Below the pieces are notes generated by a model. The model did not search any database. It was not told the origin of the DNA and saw nothing but the letters and a program-made list of their open reading frames with translations. Position numbers and translations under genes: made by a program. A DNA stretch of 64,000 nucleotides from a virus. Its lineage: Duplodnaviria > Caudoviricetes. Where the stretch lies: positions 1-64,000 of IMG/VR virus record IMGVR_UViG_3300031851_002880. One strand, given 5' to 3'. Positions 56,701 through 64,000 of this stretch are shown here, piece by piece (the first letter of the stretch is position 1; every line of letters starts with the position of its first letter).

Positions 56701-58138
56701 ATGTTGCTAGAGGCTCATCAATATTTTTTGGATCTGGCTTTAGTATCCAACCTTCTTTTTCTGCAAGTTCCATAATACTTGCATCAGTGTCTGGAATACT
56801 TTCAACCCAGTCTGTTAGTATTTTAGGAAATACACTTAGGCTTTTGTTCCTACGTACATCATATTGCTGATAGAAAGTTTTAAAGTCACGCCACAACGTA
56901 GCAGGGTTACTTGTACGCCTATGCGGAGCATCTACTGTAACTAGGTAATCTATCAAACGTTCAATACTTGCCTTTTCAAACTCGTGCCATAATTCTTTGT
57001 CTTTGTTTGCTGCATACCAAGTAGATAAATTTTTGTGGAGTTCATCTTTAATATGGTTAGGTAAAGCAAGTGGTGACTGAAAGCTAGGAAATCTCAAAAG
57101 GTTAACACTTACACTTGGCCATTTACTTCCTGTTGTTTCTTTCAATTCATATATTTGATCTAAGAAATCTGTAATACTAAACAAGCATAAACTATTAATA
57201 GTCATCATTACATGTAGATTTGCATTTGCTTCTGACAATATACGCTTTACATTGTTTAACCATTGTTCATAAACTAGCCCGTCACGTATATATTCTGCTT
57301 GAGCACCTACAGCTTCACAACTTGTATAAATTTCAAAGTTCTTAATACCATGCGACTTTTGTATAAGTTTATCTATTATATCATTCTTAGCAATTAGATT
57401 ACTATTAATTGCAAAACGCATCTTGCTATTTTGTGCTTCAAACCAATCAAACAATTTCCAAGTGTTATGGCTCATTAAAGGCTCGCCGCCTGTAATGCGT
57501 AGTTCTTCTAAACTACTGCTAAGTCCGTTTTCCCACCATTTCCAAAATGCTTGAATGTAAGGATTATCGTCATCATCTTTGTAAGGTTGTGTCCAACTGC
57601 CGTCTTGTCTAAATGCACCAGCACCATCACTTACTAAGTTTGTGTACTCGCCATTCTTTTTAATATCTTTAGCCCATGTGGTTGAGAAACTTGCATTACA
57701 ATAACTACATGCTAAGTTACACGTTCTGTCAAACGCAATTTCAAAAGTTTTGAGGTGAACATTTTCTGTGTAGTTCATATCGTATGCACGTTGTAATTCG
57801 TCGTCATCATAGATAATAGTTTTAAAGACTCTGTCACTAACAGCATCTTTTTTCATATCTTCCATTTTCCAACAATACTCACACTCACGTGGTCGTTGTC
57901 CAACTTGCATTTGCTTACGCATTTCTTTTTTGTGCTTTGTGTTGTGTATAGCAGTAAAGTCTGCTTCAACTTCTTCAAGCGGTATTTTGTGTGCCGGCGG
58001 GTGATGACAACTTGTAGTAGTGCCGCTACCTAACCATGTAGTTGCATTATACCATTTAGCACCACAGAAGCTAGGACTTTTAGCGTTAATAACTCTGTCT
58101 CTATACTCTGTTAAACTTTCGTCGGGTTTCTTAGGCAT
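56693..58138 (-). CDS. radical SAM protein with N-terminal Cys/His domain
   Basis: SFCGAKW…SCHHP…ECEYCW; CNLACSYC…STTW; TGGEP. Confidence 0.9.
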   Translation of the reverse strand: MPKKPDESLTEYRDRVINAKSPSFCGAKWYNATTWLGSGTTTSCHHPPAHKIPLEEVEADFTAIHNTKHKKEMRKQMQVGQRPRECEYCWKMEDMKKDAVSDRVFKTIIYDDDELQRAYDMNYTENVHLKTFEIAFDRTCNLACSYCNASFSTTWAKDIKKNGEYTNLVSDGAGAFRQDGSWTQPYKDDDDNPYIQAFWKWWENGLSSSLEELRITGGEPLMSHNTWKLFDWFEAQNSKMRFAINSNLIAKNDIIDKLIQKSHGIKNFEIYTSCEAVGAQAEYIRDGLVYEQWLNNVKRILSEANANLHVMMTINSLCLFSITDFLDQIYELKETTGSKWPSVSVNLLRFPSFQSPLALPNHIKDELHKNLSTWYAANKDKELWHEFEKASIERLIDYLVTVDAPHRRTSNPATLWRDFKTFYQQYDVRRNKSLSVFPKILTDWVESIPDTDASIMELAEKEGWILKPDPKNIDEPLATYD

Positions 58139-59504
58139 TCCAGTCCTCTAATATTTCTCTATATTCAGGAAACACTTTCCTAAAGTTTTTTCTTCTACGT
58201 TTATCGTATGCTTGTATGTATCTTACAAAATCCTGTCTATGTTCAATAGCTGGCTCAGAATTACGTAAATAATCACAGAACCTTTTTATTTGATCCCACT
58301 CTTCTAAATAAAGTCTAGCAAACTTATCTGGGCTATGATACTTTAACCAACTTTCACAGGTAGACTCAATTGCACTTGCATATAGTTCTCTATCCTCAGT
58401 ATCTAAGAGTGTGCATTGTAAATGCGGTGGCCACCGCATAATGTTTATGCTTAGAGGTATCCTATTATATTCAAACGCTTTGTTATACTTTTTTCTAAAG
58501 TCCATTACTACGTTAATAAATTTCTCAAATGTTGGCAATGCTAATATGTTTATAGTTGTCATCATTGCTACTGAACTGTCAGTTTGGTCTAATACTTGTT
58601 CTACGTTTGTTATCCATTGTGCATAGTCTAACCCATCACGCGAGTATTCTGCTTGCTCACCAATACTTTCTAAACTTGTGTACACATCTATTTTTTTGAC
58701 TTTACCTTTTAGTTTGTTAATTGACTCTATCAACTTTGTTATTAGTTTATCAGGAACACACAAGTTTGTGTTTATTGCTATTTCTAAATTAGGCTGTGGA
58801 TTTTCTACTAGCATGTCTAGAAGTTTCCATGTTTCTTTACTCATTGTAGGTTCGCCGCCAGTAATACGCAACACCTTTAAATGAGGTAACGCATCAGGAA
58901 ACCATTTCCAAAAGGCCTTAACGTAAGGATTTACTTCACTGTTAAGGTAAGGAAACTTTTGTGTCTTTTTGAGATAACTTAGATCATGTGATCCGTGCTT
59001 TGTAGGATAAGATCCGTTTTGCTGTATATCTTCCATCCACTTACTGCTAATTTCAGGTGAACAGTATGAACATGCAAAGTTACATGCATTAGAAAAACTT
59101 ACTTCTAAGTAACTTGGATATGTATTTTCATTAGGATTTGATTTTGCAATTTCATCAAATCTATCCCATGCCCAATAGTCGGCTGTCTTATAGTGTCTGT
59201 CACTAAAGTAATTTTTATCTAAGTCTTCTATGTTCCAACAGTAATCACACTCTTTTGGACGTTCTCCGTTCAGCATCATTTCACGCTGTTTCTTTTTGTG
59301 TTTACTATTGTGTAGTGCATGTGGATTACCCATTATTTCACTAATAGGTATTTTATGAGGAGCAGGATGGTGACAACTATGATTATATCCGTTTTGCAAG
59401 TATAATGTAGTTTGTAACCACTTAGCTGTACAGAAACTACAACTTACAGAATTTATCTGTTTCCGTTTCTGCTCAAGTAATTCGATGCGCTTTTCATTAC
59501 TCAT
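58131..59504 (-). CDS. radical SAM protein with N-terminal Cys/His domain (paralog of 56693)
   Basis: SFCTAKW…SCHHP…ECDYCW; CNFACSYC…SSKW; TGGEP. Confidence 0.9.
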   Translation of the reverse strand: MSNEKRIELLEQKRKQINSVSCSFCTAKWLQTTLYLQNGYNHSCHHPAPHKIPISEIMGNPHALHNSKHKKKQREMMLNGERPKECDYCWNIEDLDKNYFSDRHYKTADYWAWDRFDEIAKSNPNENTYPSYLEVSFSNACNFACSYCSPEISSKWMEDIQQNGSYPTKHGSHDLSYLKKTQKFPYLNSEVNPYVKAFWKWFPDALPHLKVLRITGGEPTMSKETWKLLDMLVENPQPNLEIAINTNLCVPDKLITKLIESINKLKGKVKKIDVYTSLESIGEQAEYSRDGLDYAQWITNVEQVLDQTDSSVAMMTTINILALPTFEKFINVVMDFRKKYNKAFEYNRIPLSINIMRWPPHLQCTLLDTEDRELYASAIESTCESWLKYHSPDKFARLYLEEWDQIKRFCDYLRNSEPAIEHRQDFVRYIQAYDKRRRKNFRKVFPEYREILEDWNA

Positions 59505-60427
59505 TCAGGATCAATCACAAACTGTTGCTTTGGGTTTCTACTTGGGTTTTGGTATACCGTCTTAAAGAACTTGCTCTGTTGAGCGTCTAAGGGCTCAACA
59601 GCAATAGGAATATTTAATTCTTTTATTAATTTAGTTCCGAGTTCTGTAGAATAATACTCAATGTCTTCTTGTACTAATTTACCTTTTTCTTCCCACATAG
59701 CGTTTAGATATTCAAAGTCACGCACTTGTACATAATCCCAGTCAGTACACATTGTTTGGTACAGCCCTTCTCTAGCACCGTATATAGCCCAAGCACCGTT
59801 TCGTACATCAGAACCTAGCATTAACCAAATCCATAATCTATGCAAATTCTTCCAATGACCTTTTAGAAATTGTTCTTGTGTAGGCTTTACACCTTGATCT
59901 AGTGCCATCTTAACACCTTCTCTAAATCCTGCACGCCATGCTTGTTGTGGTGTTTCGTTATTATATACATAACTGTAACAACTATTTTGTTGTATATACT
60001 TTAAGTCCCAACAAAAGTCTACTTGTGCATGTGGATTATCTGGATCTGCATTTTCGTGTGTTTTCATATCTAATACATACTGCTTTGGCCAACACTTTAG
60101 TCCGCCATTACCATACATAAGTCCATTAATAACATTTTTGCCGCACCAACTAATTACACTATGTTCCAAATCGGCGTGAGCGTCAAAGTCAATTTCTTGT
60201 ACAAGGAACTCTGGGTTAATTTGATTGTCACCATCAACTGTAATAAATCTGTCAGTTTCACTTAATTTTGCACATGCTTTGTGTGCAGCGTCACTACCTT
60301 TTACTCCATGTACACGTTTAGCCCAAGGAATCTTACTACACAAGTCCGCATAGTTCTTTTCAGCGTTAGGCTCGTCATAAGACAAATAGATTATATCATA
60401 ATCAATAACTTTAAATTTATTACTCAT
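59501..60427 (-). CDS. GT-A-like glycosyltransferase (paralog of C-terminal domain of 44966)
   Basis: YLSYDEPNA…VHGVKG…AH…FITVDGD…YGNGGLK…AGFREG. Confidence 0.7.
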   Translation of the reverse strand: MSNKFKVIDYDIIYLSYDEPNAEKNYADLCSKIPWAKRVHGVKGSDAAHKACAKLSETDRFITVDGDNQINPEFLVQEIDFDAHADLEHSVISWCGKNVINGLMYGNGGLKCWPKQYVLDMKTHENADPDNPHAQVDFCWDLKYIQQNSCYSYVYNNETPQQAWRAGFREGVKMALDQGVKPTQEQFLKGHWKNLHRLWIWLMLGSDVRNGAWAIYGAREGLYQTMCTDWDYVQVRDFEYLNAMWEEKGKLVQEDIEYYSTELGTKLIKELNIPIAVEPLDAQQSKFFKTVYQNPSRNPKQQFVIDPE

Positions 60428-61037
60428 TAATTACCTCATGCTTATATGTTTCAAAATACTTTGCAGTATAAACGCTTACAACATTATTTTTAAATTCAAA
60501 CTTTGATTCAAATGGAAAATTAAATTCATCTGTTTTAATTAAATCATTTACTGAAAGACGTAATGACCTTAATAGAATATTAGGATCGTACTTTTCTGTA
60601 ATACTAAAGAATATATTACTATTAATATTTACTGCTTCTGAATTCAAAAATTCACGCAAAGACTTACTTACTTTAATTGTCCAACTTTGTTTAATATTAT
60701 CTTGGAAAATAATTAAATCACAATCACCGTCAACAAACATAGGTACTTCATAAAGTGTATTGTATACGTGATCATTTTCAGTTTCTAAGTCGCCTCTTTC
60801 TCTAAGTGTGTATTCTTTAAGGCCAATGTCAAAAACAACTTTGTATTCATTCATTGTCTTTGTGCCAGACATGATCTCTGTTATACTATTTGCATCTACT
60901 TCAATATAAGAATTATCATCGTTACCTTTTTTGCCTACTCTAATAAGTTCTCCAGTATCTGTGTCAAATTCTACAAAAGTTTTTGTTGGTACTTGTAGCC
61001 CTTGAATCATATCTAAGAATGTATTTGTTTCAGACAT
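60420..61037 (-). CDS. hypothetical protein
   Basis: 205 aa; overlaps both neighbours. Confidence 0.75.
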   Translation of the reverse strand: MSETNTFLDMIQGLQVPTKTFVEFDTDTGELIRVGKKGNDDNSYIEVDANSITEIMSGTKTMNEYKVVFDIGLKEYTLRERGDLETENDHVYNTLYEVPMFVDGDCDLIIFQDNIKQSWTIKVSKSLREFLNSEAVNINSNIFFSITEKYDPNILLRSLRLSVNDLIKTDEFNFPFESKFEFKNNVVSVYTAKYFETYKHEVINE

Positions 61038-61875
61038 CTAATAACTCCTCGTATCTCTTTATAACAGCGCCTTCTATAAAGTCTTTTTCTGTGTAATGTA
61101 AAATACCTGTTTGTATGTGATTACCTAACTTTAAATTACAATCTTTATCCATATAAACACTGATTCTGTTTTGCCATTTGTTTATTGCTTCGTGCCAATC
61201 TTGTATTCTTGGCTTCATATGTGTAAAACTTGGAAACTTTACTCTTGTATTCGTAATTTCAGAGTCACAATCTAAAATCTTAGATACAATAGCTGCACTT
61301 ACATCAATACTACAACGCTTAGGATAATGTTCTTTAACATATTGCCCGTAGAATAATTCCCAATTATTAACTACAAGTTCTAACCAAGTATAAAACTTAT
61401 GAGAAAACTCACATTTCTTAAAGTAATGCAATCCTGAGTACAAGTTAGGCAATTCATTTGCAGTAAATGCTTTGCGATAATAATCACTAGTAACTAAATC
61501 ACCTCTATACGTGTAAACATTACTTACAAAGTACATTTCATAGTTTTCTAAAAACTTTACCCATGAGTCAATATCTTGCAACACTAACATATCTGTATCT
61601 AACACCAACGTTCTTGTATAAGGAGATACATGATATATTTTCCAGCGATTTGATATTTTCCAATTTTCTTTTTCTGCACTGTCAGTCCATGGTATTTCAA
61701 TAATGTTATCAAAAAATCTTTGATACTGTGCAGGTACTTCGTCATTAGTGATAAGACTAACAGGAATACCAGGATTAGTTTTTGCAATACTCATTGCTGT
61801 AACACATGCTTGCTGAACATAGTCGTCAACATCATTATTTTGCGCAAGCATTACAATACCAAAATTATCTTCCAT
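61030..61875 (-). CDS. GT-A (GT8-like) glycosyltransferase
   Basis: ATG 61875 after AGGAG; DYVQQA…SI…SLIT; SPY…VLDTDM DxD motif; YFKK; HMK; HY. Confidence 0.72.
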   Translation of the reverse strand: MEDNFGIVMLAQNNDVDDYVQQACVTAMSIAKTNPGIPVSLITNDEVPAQYQRFFDNIIEIPWTDSAEKENWKISNRWKIYHVSPYTRTLVLDTDMLVLQDIDSWVKFLENYEMYFVSNVYTYRGDLVTSDYYRKAFTANELPNLYSGLHYFKKCEFSHKFYTWLELVVNNWELFYGQYVKEHYPKRCSIDVSAAIVSKILDCDSEITNTRVKFPSFTHMKPRIQDWHEAINKWQNRISVYMDKDCNLKLGNHIQTGILHYTEKDFIEGAVIKRYEELLDV

Positions 61876-62722
61876 TGGATGTCTCCTTGTCAATTTGTCT
61901 TACAAGACTAAATTTATTCATTACGTGAATACTTTGTCCTCTAGTTCGAAGTGCTGTGTATTCTCCTATATGTTTTTCTTTTTCAACTAAGAAAAGCATG
62001 TTGTCATTATCTAAATCCCACAATATATCTTTATCTAAAGTGTACAATAGTTTTCCAGGCAAAGGTGTTACAAAGCCACCTTGCTGAAATCCATTCATCA
62101 TGTGTATTGCTATACTAAATGCAAAGTCATTTCTAAACATTTTGCTAGGTATTTGATAAACTCTTCTGTAGTGATCATATTCATCTTGTATATGTGCAAC
62201 TAAATCAAAAAATCTTTCGTTAATACTTGTTTTTTTGAAGTATACAACAGTAGCCCAATAAAAATCTACACTACTATCACTTACATACTTAAATTCTCTT
62301 GGATTTCTAATGTTAGATATGTCTATGCTATCTCGATATATTGAAAAGTCATTTACACTACCAAATACATTTTTAAGTAAAGAGTTAGACACTACATAAT
62401 CAGTGTCCATAAGTATTGTTTCATTATACGGAGAGAATCTGTATGCATTAAATCTATCTAAATTTTTGAAATGCGCACGTTGGCTACTCATTGCGCCATC
62501 GTTGAATGTTCTGCCGTTGTCTTTAATCCAAGGTTCAATTGGAATAACCTGATCAAATACTGCTGTATCAAATTCACGTTCTAAATAATGGATAGAATCT
62601 GTTACTAGAGTCGTTGGCACGCCTAAGTATTGCTTTACACGTTTAGCTAAGAAATATGCTTGTTTGATATAATCAATTTGATCATTATTTCTAGCAAATA
62701 ATAGTACGCCTTTGCTACTCAT
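61865..62722 (-). CDS. GT-A (GT8-like) glycosyltransferase (paralog of 61030)
   Basis: DYIKQA…TLVT; SPY…LMDTDY DxD motif; YFKK; FRNDFAFSIA; HVMNK. Confidence 0.72.
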   Translation of the reverse strand: MSSKGVLLFARNNDQIDYIKQAYFLAKRVKQYLGVPTTLVTDSIHYLEREFDTAVFDQVIPIEPWIKDNGRTFNDGAMSSQRAHFKNLDRFNAYRFSPYNETILMDTDYVVSNSLLKNVFGSVNDFSIYRDSIDISNIRNPREFKYVSDSSVDFYWATVVYFKKTSINERFFDLVAHIQDEYDHYRRVYQIPSKMFRNDFAFSIAIHMMNGFQQGGFVTPLPGKLLYTLDKDILWDLDNDNMLFLVEKEKHIGEYTALRTRGQSIHVMNKFSLVRQIDKETSNGR

Positions 62723-63065
62723 AGTCTACTAAATTTTCCACTGACCTATTTGACTTTATTTTTTCATATTCTGCAAAATAATTATTTGAAGCAGTAAAGT
62801 AAACATCTAAAATGTCGTCATAGAATGATTCTAAACTTAGAATGTTTGTAGGTATATCGTTGTCATCTGTAAGCACTGCTTCTTCAAGACCCTTTTCAAC
62901 TAATAGACCTACAAATGTAATCAGTTCTTTAGTAACAGAAAATTGACATCCGTTTGTATAGTACAATAAATCTTCAAAATATTTTTCTTTAAGTAATCTT
63001 TTTTGGTTATTCATAGTAACCATGAAGTTACTAAAGTCCAATGCTTTTTCTAGACGTTCATCCAT
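62715..63065 (-). CDS. hypothetical protein
   Basis: 116 aa; GGAG RBS; first gene after the promoter. Confidence 0.75.
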   Translation of the reverse strand: MDERLEKALDFSNFMVTMNNQKRLLKEKYFEDLLYYTNGCQFSVTKELITFVGLLVEKGLEEAVLTDDNDIPTNILSLESFYDDILDVYFTASNNYFAEYEKIKSNRSVENLVDYE

Positions 63066-63088
63066 AAGGCTCTCCGAGTTATTATAAT

Positions 63089-63117
63089 AGTATATAATAC
63101 TTTTTGGATTTTGTCAA
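63089..63117 (-). promoter_or_regulatory. sigma70-type promoter at the head of the minus-strand enzyme array
   Basis: Minus strand TTGACA (63117-63112), 17 nt, TATACT (63094-63089). Confidence 0.75.
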
Positions 63118-63128
63118 GAAGAACCTGA

Positions 63129-63998
63129 CTAGATAGTTTGTAAAATTGTACCTGTTACAGGTGAAATATCAACAGTAGTATAATCTACTTCATCTATTGT
63201 AAATGTACCAGATGGACGGAATAGTTGAACACTAGAATTTAATGTTCCAGTAACATCTTCGTCAATATCAAAGAATGGTGCTTGTGATGGAGGGCTATCA
63301 AGATCTTGGAAACGTACTCTAAATCTTATTTCAGTGTTGCTTATTTCTCTTACATAGATATCCCAGTCATTATCTACATAATCACTACCTGAATAATTAG
63401 CAAGTAAAGTGTACCCTGCACTAAGACCTATATAATTGCCTTTATTAGCTTGTATTGTTGCAGAACCTGATGTTGTTGTTGCTGATCTGCCAAAAGTAAC
63501 TATCCCAGCTGTGGATAATAACGAGCGCCAGTCATTTGTCTTTAGTCCTGAACCACCAGTTATACTAGAAAATATTCTAATCTCGCCGCCAGCATTAAAA
63601 AATCCTTGACGTTCGTTTGCGTTTTGCCAGTTTACACTAAACTCGTGTGTAAGTGTGCCGTTCCAATTTGTAAATCTTTGTCTTGATATTGTAGAACCTG
63701 TACCGTCACGTAGATCATCTAAATCGTACTGACCAGCTCCTTGAGCAAATAAGTTTGCTTCAATCTGTGTCATTAAAGATTCTAATTGTCCAAGTATAGT
63801 ATCGTCAACTATGTCAACTTGTGCTGTCGGTGTAAAGTCTGCAAGAGGATTAGTACCTGTTTGATGTACTCTAGCTGCCATAATATCAAGGTAAAGATTA
63901 AACCACTGTGTTGCTGTTATTCTATCACCACGTACTTCACGCAATCTATGAGTACCTACTGTTCCGCTTACAGCAACAGCAATTTTAGAGCTGTTATT
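63129..63998 (-). CDS. probable virion structural protein, 5'-truncated by window edge
   Basis: Frame open to the window end; ITATQW…D…HQTG…FFNAGG…W…L…DEDV-x-G; Gly/Ser/Thr-rich beta composition typical of phage structural proteins. Confidence 0.55.
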   Translation of the reverse strand, partial: NNSSKIAVAVSGTVGTHRLREVRGDRITATQWFNLYLDIMAARVHQTGTNPLADFTPTAQVDIVDDTILGQLESLMTQIEANLFAQGAGQYDLDDLRDGTGSTISRQRFTNWNGTLTHEFSVNWQNANERQGFFNAGGEIRIFSSITGGSGLKTNDWRSLLSTAGIVTFGRSATTTSGSATIQANKGNYIGLSAGYTLLANYSGSDYVDNDWDIYVREISNTEIRFRVRFQDLDSPPSQAPFFDIDEDVTGTLNSSVQLFRPSGTFTIDEVDYTTVDISPVTGTILQTI

Positions 63999-64000
63999 AA

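Noticed and set aside
1-64000. Stop-codon reassignment or selenocysteine, as seen in some large phages
   Set aside because: Genes tile the window tightly under the standard code with TAA, TAG and TGA all used as stops; no split genes needing readthrough were seen
1-64000. tRNA/rRNA genes, CRISPR arrays, integrases/transposases, introns or inteins
   Set aside because: Intergenic gaps are short (mostly <90 nt) and occupied by promoters or terminators; no repeat-spacer array or mobile-element motifs recognised by eye (no scanner was run)

Overview
A gene-dense, AT-rich segment of what is most likely a large tailed dsDNA bacteriophage (myovirus/jumbo-like). This is inferred from the sliding clamp, T4-type RNase H, MoxR/vWA pair, fibre-like and virion-like proteins, and the absence of host housekeeping operons. 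It uses the standard genetic code. Plus strand, 1-19959: (i) a 7-deazaguanine DNA-modification locus (sugar epimerase, clamp, DpdA/TGT-fold transglycosylase, MutH-like nuclease, QueD/DpdL-like T-fold protein, GT-B glycosyltransferase, phosphoribosyltransferase, HIT hydrolase, FolE, QueE); (ii) RNase H and hypotheticals; (iii) a MoxR ATPase and vWA protein split by a polysaccharide-lyase-like lipoprotein gene; (iv) a tail-fibre-like gene. Minus strand, about 19951-64000: a ~43 kb run of modification enzymes downstream of a virion-protein-like gene. It holds 16 radical-SAM genes (two cobalamin-binding), ~5 2OG-Fe(II)-oxygenase-like genes, ~7 glycosyltransferase-like genes, a nucleotide-sugar dehydrogenase, two SGNH proteins, a sulfotransferase, methyltransferases, a QueC-like protein, a peroxiredoxin-like protein lacking the peroxidatic Cys, and a TctA/TctC transporter pair, plus a small plus-strand hydrolase/ATP-grasp island. 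Several near-perfect sigma70 promoters are visible. No tRNA, rRNA, CRISPR or mobile element was recognised. All functional calls come from motif recognition by eye; no database searches were run.
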